From Hemiscyllium ocellatum (Eukaryota): a stretch of DNA of 64,000 bases. The stretch lies in contig NC_083426.1 of NCBI RefSeq assembly GCF_020745735.1, forward strand, positions 12,338,001-12,402,000, written 5' to 3'. Numbering within the stretch: position 1 is the first letter of the stretch; every line of letters starts with the position of its first letter. The notes under the pieces are model-generated. The model had not been told where the DNA came from and searched no databases. It saw nothing but the letters and a program-made list of their open reading frames with translations. Made by a program: the position numbers and the translations under genes. Below, one piece after another: positions 1-10,814 of the stretch.

Positions 1-142
1 TTGTTCGATCTATTGAAAAACCAGATGAAGTAAATTTGGCCAGTTCCAATTTTTCAGACTGACTGCATGAATATAATCAGCAACTAATTTGTGAGACATT
101 TATATTTTGACAATTATATTGTTTGTTTACAGTGTAACTTAC

Positions 143-469
143 CACTGGTGCTGATTTGTGCCACATAACTGCAGTTCTCCCCTGGTCTGTGTGTGACTGA
201 CACATTAACCATTTCACTGGATTTTTCTCCTTGAGTATTTGAGGCTGTGCAGTAATATTGATGATGTTTCTGTGTGAAGGATTGACAATGTAGATCCAGT
301 TTACTGGTGTTAGAGATCTTTGAAGCTTCAGATGGGGTTCTTTCATACCATGTGTAGTGAATGGGGAGGGATCCCTGGACAGATTCACAGGAGATTGACA
401 CCGAGCTCCCAAAACATGAGGCATTTGGTGGAGATGATAAAAATCTAAGTTCAGGAAGAGACACTGGTT
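143..469 (-). CDS. Gene C exon C2b (gene continues beyond the window start)
   Basis: 327 nt, ccccag acceptor, GTAAGT donor, open frame. Confidence 0.9.
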
Positions 470-649
470 CTGGGGAAAAGAATCAGATATTCAGATACCA
501 CCTGAACAGCGTTCAAATACTTTCTTCTTTCTAACATTTCTAAACTTCTCCATCTCATCCAGGGCTTGTATGGTGGAATATCCTCAACACACCTCCCTCT
601 CCATACCTCTCCGGACTCCAAGTAAAGTGATTTCCCATGTCTACTATTA

Positions 650-1140
650 CAGGTGGTTCTCCTATATTGCTATAGTTGTGTTCCAGTGAAAACTCGCTGA
701 ATATAAATAATGGGGCCTACGGGAAAAGTGGGGTTAGGGCAGACAGGCAAAAAATATCACTCAAGATTGCTCAAAAATCACCCAAAAGTCTAACGCAAAG
801 TATAGCACAGCCTGAATGAAGGTGGAAATCATATTTATTAATGAGACAAAAGTAAATTTAACACAGTGCATTTAAAAATGTCTGAAAGCTGCTCTCTGTG
901 CAGTCCCTCTCACAGAAAGCTGCTCTGTCAGCAGCTGATATCAGTTCATGTGCAGGACAGTGCGGAGACTTTGGCGCGGACATTGCTGTATGTGCTGAAC
1001 GAAGCATGCAAACCCATCCCTGCTGGAAATGTGCGAGTCACAAAGGAGGTAGACATTCTTGAAAATACCATTCCCTAATTCTTCAACAACGTTCTAGTCA
1101 AATCGCGCAGCCGAAGAGCACATTATCCCAGAACTAACTG
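650..1140. mobile_element. Non-autonomous Tc1/mariner (Tigger/pogo-like) MITE, 491 bp
   Basis: TA at both ends. Imperfect TIRs: CAGGTGGTTCTCCTATATTG vs reverse-complemented end CAGTTAGTTCTGGGATAATG. Confidence 0.65.
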
Positions 1141-2533
1141 TATATCGGAACTTAGGAGAACTCTAAATCAGGACAAATGCAATGATGATGGTCATGTGTC
1201 AACATGGAAATCAGAGCCAATATTTTCTCTCAGGAGCAGATCAAAGACTGTAACTGGTTCAGTGTCTGATTTACAAATGGAAAGCTGTCGGACAGAAACT
1301 TACATAAAAATGGAATAAAATAAGACAATAAATTGGCTGATATTTGTTACAAGATTTCTGGCCTTAAACACAGAGTTTAAATATGCTTTGTCCGACTTCA
1401 CTGTGACTGAAAAGGACATTTTAACTCAAACATCCAGAGGGAGGTGGCAAATTGTGTTTCAGGGATTCTGAAATCCAGAAATGCTGGGTAAATGGATATT
1501 GTGCCAGATTTACTGTCTACTTCAGTGTCCCCAGAGCCAATGTCTTTAAGATATAATTTGGGTGAATTTATTGTTTACACTGACTAGAATCCGATCCAAC
1601 ATTCATCAGCCAAATTGGAGTAATGGGTGTGGAGTAACATTTTCCCCTTTATCTCTGCATCAAGAGAGTATCGAGACACACTGGTGACCAGACACATCCT
1701 TAGGACGGTTCCTGAGAGGAACTCACTGGATTCTCCTTTTGGTTACAAGTTCTGCATGTGTTCACCAGAGAGTGTGTAGTGTTTTAGTGATTGTCCTTCA
1801 TGTTAGCTGAAGCAGTAATGCATACTTAATCTGGGTTGATCCTGATTGACTCACAAGAGGCAATTGTGTATCTTAGATGCAACGCAATGAGCTATTCCTT
1901 GATGTGTAATAATCCAATCTGCTGTTTGATCAAATCAAACTGATATTCTCCTTAAGACAGTATGAGGCTATTCTTCCCGAGTGATATCAATGGGCTTGAA
2001 TAATATCAGCAAAGTGGTTGGTAGCAGAAAATTTCCTTAAAATGGCTCTGAATGACCTATTACAGCACATCCCAGAGCCCCATCCCTCTCTCTCTGCACT
2101 GACAGCATGTCCCAGACTGGAACCTGGCTCTTCCCCTTCAGGGAACTTGCTCAGCTCCGAGTGGTGCCCACTGCTGCTGAGGGACCAAAAGTCACATCCC
2201 CATTCACTTCCCTCTGTACTCAGTGTTAAATGACTCTAGGCAGCCATTGAGAATGGAGGTGTAAACTCTCACAATGTTTTAGCTGGTGGTGGGGACAAGG
2301 AGAATAAGAACGACAGCATTCCACTTAATCAAATTTGATGTTTTTAGATCAGTCATCTTGGCCAGGAGGTTCCAATTCTTTTTACGAAGCATTGAGCTAC
2401 CTGCCCCCCAAATGCAAAACCCTTTCACTGTCACGGGGCATCAGGGTACTGGAACTGTCATGTTCTCTCACAGATAAAACATCGATCTTACATCTCAATG
2501 GGGAATAATCAATGATATCACTGAGAGATTTAC

Positions 2534-2842
2534 CATCAGATATTTGCAGCTCTACAGCAGACACTGAAATGAGGCTGGATTGGTCAAAACCACAGCTGTA
2601 CCATCCTGCATCTTCATAACGAAGATCCTCCATAGTAACAGAAAATTTATTTTGTGTCATGTTATCTGTGATCGACATCCTTCCTCGTTGTCCATGATGT
2701 TCACTTGATTTTACTAAAACAGAGCATTGGCGCATCCAAAGTTTCACAGACCATCGTAACCATTGGTCATAGTGACAGTCTATTGTGATCGCTCTTCCCA
2801 AAACTCCTGTTACTTTACTTTTCACCGGCACTACACCTGAAC
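2534..2842 (-). CDS. Gene C exon V2
   Basis: 309 nt, AG/GTAAAT, open frame, V-set motifs. Confidence 0.9.
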
Positions 2843-3764
2843 CTGAAAAGACAATGAATTCATCAAACAGAAAATAGCTTCTCAACACAGTCAGATACTT
2901 TTAATATGAGTTACCACTGAGTACAGAGGAATCCTTCCACTGCATCTACTCAGGCAGTTTGTGGTGAAATCCATCTAATTGTATTAGGGAGACCAGCATT
3001 GCCTCAGAAATGTAACAACCAGTGTGCACTCATTTGCAAAGCTTATTACAGCAGCATTCAATTCTGCCCAGCAACAGGGTTTGTATCAAATAGCCTCAAA
3101 ATTGGGTTGGTCACTCAGCACAGTTTGAGTGTCACTAAGAGGAGTTTAAAAGATTACACACAGCGACTGAGGGTCACTGAATTTTGGAAAAGGCAGAGAG
3201 TAGACTTCTTCTTCAAAGCATTGTTACTAGCATTGTAGTCTTGTGGACAAGGCAACAGAATTGCTTGGCTTCTACAGAGGGGACTATGAGTGAAGCTCAA
3301 AGGCAGTTGTATATGGCTAGGCTGTGTTGGATATGGCCATCAGTGATCTGGAGTAACTCTGAAGGACCCATTAGGCTGAGATCTTTGAGGGTAACACATG
3401 CAATGGTGTCACCACACCGCAGGTAGAGGGGGAACTGACAGAAAGGGAATGGGAGACCACCCAGACAGAGTGAAAACATGAGGCAGGGAGTGCAGGAATA
3501 CACTGCGGCTGCCTTCCTTTCTCATAGATTTTCCCTTTTGAATGCAACTGGGGGAAATGTGTTCTCAGGTGAATGCAGCGAAAGTCACATCCATGGCACC
3601 AGGAATGGTTCAGCTGCCTGATTGTAAGGAGAGAGGGATTTGGACTTTTGAGGTATTGGGTCCAATTCTGGAGAAGATAGAATCTGTCCAAGTTGGACGG
3701 GTCATGAATCAGCAGGATTAAGACCAATACTCTCCAAGGGGCATTTGCTAGTTCTGTGATGTGC

Positions 3765-4010
3765 CACCCTACCACTCCACATTCACCCAGCCTAATGCAC
3801 CTACCCGACAAACTACGGGTGATTTAACATAGTCAATTCACCTGACCTGCATATCATTGGATTGTAGGAAGAAAGCAGAGCACCCTGAGGAAACCCACAA
3901 AGACACAGGGAGAATGTGCAAACTCCACACAGACAGTCACCCGTGTCTCGAAATGAACCCAGGTCCCTGGTGCTGTGAGGCAGCAGTGCTAACCATTGAG
4001 CCACCGTGCC
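3765..4010 (-). mobile_element. HE1-like tRNA-derived SINE
   Basis: Minus strand starts GGCACGGTGGCTCAATGGTTAGCACTGCTGCCTCACAGC (A box), followed by a degenerate B box. Confidence 0.85.
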
Positions 4011-4511
4011 TCTGACATCTTATGTTTCAAGTATTTTCAAGTGTAACTATATTTCATTTAATCGCTTATATATAGAACTTTACTTTCGATATTTGTTTTT
4101 AAAGAGAACTGATCAAGCCAAAATGACTGCAGATGTGAATTCAGTGGAGATGTGGAGGGAGACCTTGGAAATTTGTACAAAACAGTGTGTCACGGAAACT
4201 TCAAAAGGATTGACTTAAATGGAGAAATATACAGAAAAAAAAATGTATTCACCAGCACGGGATGGGTTGGAAGACCATTGTTCTGGACTTTTATTTCAGC
4301 AAGGCTGGACATTTTACTTCTTTATTTTCTAACATTTTGTAACTAAATAAACTGCACCCAGCTACCTTTGTACTTAAGATGTCACTGTAACTGCGACATA
4401 AACCTTTTCCCTGTATTCATTGAAAGTATGTGACGGTAAAACTAATTTATCTGTGGACAGAGTCAAAAATCACACAACGCCAGGTTATAATCCAACAGGT
4501 TTATCTGGAAG

Positions 4512-4546
4512 CACTAGCTTTCAAAGCATTGCCCCTTCATCAGGTG
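4512..4546 (-). ncRNA. Minimal type I hammerhead motif, second family (paralog 46716-46750)
   Basis: CAC-CUGAUGA-A-GGGGC(AAU)GCUUU-GAAA-G-CUA^GUG. Stem I CAC/GUG; stem II mostly G.U pairs. Confidence 0.55.
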
Positions 4547-4923
4547 ATTGTGAGGTTAAGATCATGCTCATAGAATTTATAGCCAAAGGAGCCCAGTATC
4601 ATGGAGATGTGATACAGTAAACAATCTTAGATTAGCATTTTCATCTTTGATAATGGAATGTGCTGGTTTCTGTTCTTTGTTAGGTAAATCCCAGAATTTA
4701 TTTGAAATCACATTCTCAAGATAGCACAGCTTTTTAAACAATAGCCGTGAAGTCTGTGTCCCAGACAAACCCTCTGCATAGTTTTACAGAGTTTTACATG
4801 GATTCATGCAGCAAAATATAATGTAATTCTGGAAAAACAAATTCACCCCAGAAGCTGATATATGTGCATATGGACGCGTGACCGATTGAGTTGCATGTGT
4901 GAGTGTGGATGTGAACCCATATG

Positions 4924-4956
<33 letters not shown>

Positions 4957-5549
4957 AACCGAGAGTTTTGTGCAGTGGGGTCATTTGCTGTGATACTTGA
5001 ACCCTAGGCCCCAGTTGATCTGTAGACAGCCTGTTCTGAAGATCACAGTTTGGTGAACAGCCATTAAATATCCCTGCAGATTGGGAAAAGAATGAGGTTA
5101 CACCTTTTCTTATTCCGAGTGCTGCAGGCCAGTGTTTGTCAAACAAATGAATTTCAATTAACCTGCTCAACGCCAAGAATCTCAATCAACTGCTCAGTGC
5201 TCCAAGTAACATCCACTCTCATGGCTGTAATGTTCTGCAATCCACTCTTATAAACAACTCAGAGTCTCAACATCTTTAAAAAACTTTTATTATTTTCTTT
5301 AGACTCACTTCATACTCTCAATGTCTGTATATGTGTGTTATATTATTAATACTTCGTTTGTTAAGTAAAGAACAAACTCCCTCACTGTTAACGCAAGAAA
5401 GCCCAGTTAATTGACTCCTCTTAGAACATAAACACATATGGTTTGGGAGAAAGGTAACCACAAAATAGAGAATACATTGTATTCTATTAATGCACAGAAG
5501 AAATCAAAACAAACAAACTGCAATTCTTGAAGCAGAAAGTATTATTTAC

Positions 5550-5870
5550 CTCGGCTCCCAATCTGTGCCAGGAAAATGCAGTTCCTCTCTGATCTGTGGA
5601 CGATTGTCACTTTAACCATTTCACTGTATTGTTCTCCCTGAGTGTTTGAGGCTATGCAGTAATATTGATGATCTTGCTGTTTGAATAATTGACAATGTAG
5701 ATCCAGTATATTGTTCTCAGAAATCTTTGAACCTACAGATCGGATCCTTTCATACCATGTGTACCGAATGGGAAAGGATCCCTGGACAGACTCACAGGAG
5801 ACAGAAACTAGATTCTCAAAGCACCAGATATTTGGTGTTAAAAATCTAATTTCAGGGACAGACACAGGTT
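5550..5870 (-). CDS. Gene C exon C2a
   Basis: 321 nt, AG/GT, open frame, C2 cysteine and tryptophan motifs. Confidence 0.9.
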
Positions 5871-6581
5871 CTGTGGGAAAGAAACAAATGATCAGATACT
5901 CACTGAGGATCCAAAAATCAAATAATCTGTAAATTTCAACATTTCTATCTTTTCATCCAAGTATTTTCATGTTGGAATGTCCACAGAGCCATGCCGATAT
6001 CAACTTAATATTGCATTAATTGAGAAATTAACAGACTGTAATTGATCCTCCAGAACACTTTAGGATATATTTAAGTGATCACTTAAAGTGCCAGACCATA
6101 CAAGGCTCTAGGCAAAGTACTGGAACATGGGATCACGGTAGATAGATGCTTGTTAACCAGCACAGACATGATGGGACAGAGGTTCTCTCAGCGTGCTGTT
6201 GTACTCTATGTCTCTAAAATGGATGTCGACAGGATTGGCTGGCTTCCAGAAATTCTGAGAACTGCTGTATTGCTCCCAAACTTTGTGATACTGCAACCAA
6301 CCATGACCAACTTTAGTTTTTTGGAGCAGGATGACTAGAGGATGGTTTATTTTGGATGTACATCAAAGCCATGAGAAAGAACTAATTAAAGCCCTTGATG
6401 TAAAAGAACTTTTGGGATAAATGATCAGAATATGAGAGAATTATATGTTATGTCAGGAAGTGAGGTATTTCAAGCCGAAACAAGGTAAAATTAGGAAAAT
6501 TATGAAAGAGAGAAACACAAATTGGCTGAGTTGGATTAGAAAAAAGTGAAGAATGTAGATATTGGAGATCAGAGTGGAAGA

Positions 6582-6738
6582 GTGTGGTGCTGGAAAAGCA
6601 CAGCCAGTCAGGCAGCATCCACGGAACAGGAGGATTGACGTTTCAGGCATTAATCCTGATGAAAGGCTTAGGCCCGAAACATCGATTCTCTTGCTTCTTG
6701 AATGCTGCCTGACTGGCTGTGCTTTTCCAGCACCACAC
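6582..6738. repeat. Palindromic Penelope-derived repeat (paralog 48939-49095)
   Basis: GTGTGGTGCTGGAAAAGCACAGCCAGTCAGGCAGCAT and its reverse complement. Confidence 0.85.
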
Positions 6739-6769
6739 GCTTCGAGTCTGCGCTGGATTACAGAAGTAT

Positions 6770-7370
6770 ATTCAAAGGCAGGATTATGGGTTGTGAGAAA
6801 GATATAAAACATCTTGAGGAGGATTTGGATACACTTAACGATTGGGCAGGACTTTGGTCAATGCAATATGGTGTGGAGAAATGAGAAGTTGTCCACTTTG
6901 GTCGCAAAAACTGATGTGCAGTGTCTTCTTCAAATGGTGAGATGTTGGAAAGTACGGCTGTGCAAAGACACTTGGATGCTCTTGTCTATCAGATACTGAA
7001 GGTTAACATGCTAGTGCAGCAAGTTATGAGGAAGGCTAATAGATTATCAACATTTAATACAAGAGGATTTGAGGGCAAGATTTGAGAATTGATGCTTCAG
7101 ATGTTGTGTAGGGTCTTGGTTAGACCACACCTGAAGTATTTTTTGCAGTTTTGATCACTTGATCTCAGAAAAGATAAAACTGCCATAGAAGGAGTGCATC
7201 ATAGCTTCACCAGATCTTTTGTTGTATACTTAAAGTAGATGGTGATACATTTTTGATCATTAATAGGAGGAGGAGTTAAGTGTGGCTGAATGTATTGAAG
7301 TGTTCAATCAGCCATAATCATAGTAAAGTGTGAGGCAGGCTCAACAGCCTGTTGGCCTCCTCCTGTTCCT
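6770..7370 (+). mobile_element. Old CR1 LINE 3' fragment (paralog ~49135-49730)
   Basis: [15 protein letters not shown]-terminal region, frameshifted. Confidence 0.75.
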
Positions 7371-7501
7371 ATGTTCCTACCAACAAGTATCAGCATTGCT
7401 GGGGCACCTTGGGATATTGGAGCGTTCATGGTTCGTCCCAGATAAAACATTGATCAGACATTTCAGTAGAGATTAATCAAGGAAATCAATGAGAAATGTA
7501 C

Positions 7502-7822
7502 CATCAGATACTTCAAGCTTTACGGCACATAATTGATCACTATCTTGTTTATCAATACCACAGCTGTACCATCCTGCATCTTCCCTGCGAAGATCCTCCA
7601 TGGTCACAACAAATACTCCTTGTGCCTCGTAATCCTTGATTGATATTCTTCCTCGCTGTCCGCCTGGATCAGTTGTTCTCACTAAATATGAGCATTGTAT
7701 AGTCCATCCAAGACACCAGTATTTCATGTTGGGCTTGAACGGTGAGTTGTATCGACAATTTATTGTGATTGATCTTCCCACAATTCCTGTTACTTTCGTG
7801 TTTGTCCACAGAAATGATGAAA
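7502..7822 (-). CDS. Gene C exon V1, CD300/pIgR-type V domain
   Basis: 321 nt, [24 protein letters not shown]. Confidence 0.92.
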
Positions 7823-8506
7823 CTGGGGAAATAATGTTTCAGAAATTGAACAAGAATGAAATTCTTAATACAAATAAATATAACTCAGTATGTTGTGCCC
7901 CTGTAAAGAGGGGAAACTTCACTATATCTGTGACAAATATATGACGATATATGTTAGATATTCAGTTGGCACAACATCGAGGGTTAAAGGGCCTGTACTG
8001 GGCTGGAATGTTCGATGTTCTGTGTTGGGGAGTACAATCTGGAATGATAAGGCAGAAGTGGGATCTTCAGCCCATTGAGAAGGTCATGGCTGATCTGGCT
8101 GTGTTCTGAATTTCACTTTCCCATTCATCCCTGATTGCATTTGAATCCTGCAACTATATGGACCCTAAACCTTTTGATTACTTGGATTGGGACAGAAAAT
8201 TTGGACAAAAAGTTATGGTTATTTCTGCAGCGTTTAATTTTATGGTCATGCAATTTAAAAATTATTTATGTGTCTGCATAAACATAGTGGATAGTTTATC
8301 AAAACACAGTCAAAAAACCCAATTTCTGTAATGCAAGTGGAATTATATTTAAAAAAAAGGTTGTCATTAAACTCATTGTATGTTTTAATGTCATTACATG
8401 ATTACCATAAACAAAATGCAAACATAAGGATTTTCAAAGTAATTTTTGATGTAAAATGGTAATGGCTCTGAATGATATATTTTCAATCTTCTTTGTGGGG
8501 AACTAT

Positions 8507-8806
8507 GATTAGATTACTTACCGTGTGGAAACAGGCCTCTCGGCCCAACAAGTCCACACTGACCCACTGAAGTGCAACCCACCCAGACCCATTCCCCTAC
8601 ATCCAACATTATGGGCAATTTAGTATGGTCAATTCATCTAACCTGCACATCTTTGGATTGTGGGAGGAAACCAGAGCACCCGGAGGAAACCCACGCAGAC
8701 ATGGAGAGAATGTGCAAACTCCAAACAGAGAGTCGCTTGAGGCGGGAATTGAACCCGGGTCTCTGGCGCTGTGAGGCAGCAGTGCTAACCACTGTGCCAC
8801 CGTGCC
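8507..8806 (-). mobile_element. HE1-like SINE
   Basis: tRNA-like head with A/B boxes and TAATCTAATC tail. Confidence 0.9.
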
Positions 8807-9959
8807 GATGAAAGGCATCTGTACATATATGTGTGTAAACATAATGTATACGAATCATTTTTAGTGATTGGATTTCAAATGGTTGGCATTTGGGTGTTGG
8901 TCACTCTTGTGACATAGTTATTGACAGGGTTATAAAAGACAACGTCAGAGTGATCTTTCCAGAATAATGATCCAATCCACACATGTCAAAGAGCAGAGAG
9001 GAGTCTGCATACCTTCTGGAGTGTTAATAGATTATTGTTGATGCTGTGGAGTTTACGACAGGGTGGATAAATATTGAAAGGCTCTTGCTTGCTTTTGATT
9101 CAAATAATTATTGATTTACTTTAGCTCAGAAAAATGCAGTCAGTCAAATCTTTTGGGGCAGGATTTGGTGAGGACCGTCATGGTGTCAAAGGCAAATATA
9201 TTTTCTCAACTAAATTGCAAAGTACAGTTACCTCAATGTCAAGTCTTAATTTGAAAAATTTCCAGGCCTGAATTACATCAAACTTTGTTTTATCTGGCAC
9301 CTATTAGAGCAGAGTATACTGGCTGACCAAATTTTCCAGGTGATCATGAGGTCTATATAATCAATGTAAACACACACACTAAGAAATCAGACCATAACAC
9401 AGGAGTGACAATACAGTAAACTTACAGTATTTGAGGTATATAACTTTGGGTGGTCTATTCAGAGTGCTGTTTCACAGCAGATAGCTAAACTTACTTTATT
9501 TTTATCTTTTTTGTTCTTCCGTGTAATAAAGAAAGATGCAACAACAAAATACATTGGCCGGCTCCAAATTTAAGGATCACCACATTTAACTAAATTAACA
9601 ATATTGCCAGAAAACAAAATATTTGAGGGAAATCACTGAACTCCAGAATTGTGACTTGGATTCTTGATCAGAACAATTCGGGTCTCTTTGCCTATGTTTT
9701 CCACCCATGACATTTCTGCAGAATTATCTGTCTTGGTGATGGATTTTGTGAATTAATGTTTGTGTGTTTTGGGATTAACATTTAATAAACTCCTTCAGGG
9801 CTATCCCCTTAAAATTTTCCTTTCCAGGAGGAATGCATGTGTTCTGAGGATTCTGGAATATCACTTTGACTGTCTGCAGCTGCTTCCGTACTGACCTATC
9901 TCCAGTTCCCTTCAGCTCGATCAGCTTTCAGGTCCACACAGTTGCCTTTTGTTGGAGGT

Positions 9960-10440
9960 TTAGGGGACAGCAAAGGTTACCTCAGAGAACAATGGAATCT
10001 TGTTTGGATGGGTCAATGGGATGAGGAATGTTTTCCCTCAAGTGGCAAAGGCTGAGGGGTGACCTTATAAAGGTTTATGAAATCATGAGGGCTATGGATA
10101 GGGTAAATAGACATGGTCATTTCCCTGGGGCGGTGGATTCCAGAACTGCAGAGCATAGGTTTAGGTTGAGAGGGGAAAAATTTAGAAAGGAACTAAGAGG
10201 GAACTTTTCCATACAGAAGTGCGTGCATGGAATAAGCTGCCAGGGAAGTGATGGACACTGGTACAATTACGGCATTTAAAAGACATCAGACTGAGTATAT
10301 GAATATGTAGGGTTTAGAGGGATATGGGCCAAGTGCTGGCAAATGGGATGAGATTAGGTTAGGATATCTAGTCAGCATGGGCAAGTTGGTCTAAAGTGTC
10401 TGCTTCCGTGCTGTACATCTTTGTGACTCTGTGACTCTCT
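9960..10440 (+). mobile_element. CR1 3' end
   Basis: [13 protein letters not shown] motif and CR1-type 3' tail. Confidence 0.85.
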
Positions 10441-10814
10441 ATGGGGCTTGCACAGGAAAGAGGAGTCGAGAGAGATCAGCCACAATGTTGTTCAGAGATG
10501 GAACTGCCATGAAGAGCCTCCAACACAAATTTCACTGAAGCTAAAATCATTACATTAATTTGGAGTGGATGTAAATGCAATAAATTTACATGTTTGAGCT
10601 AAAGAATGAAAGGAAAACAATACCTTACTGATAGAGCACTGTGTATAAAATGTGTGCGATTGAGGAGCAGTGACATTGACAGAGCCTCAATATTTCAGCA
10701 GCAGAACAGAAACAATTACAAACTCAGGGACTGTTCCCTTAGAGGCTTCATTACCACTGCAGCCTTCAGTTTCTATTGGATAGCAAATTGCATGCAAAAG
10801 TTCACTTTTAGAGT

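Noticed and set aside
8572-8858. Small ORFs and tRNA-like sequence in HE1-type SINEs
   Set aside because: SINE heads with A/B boxes, not tRNA genes or protein-coding genes.
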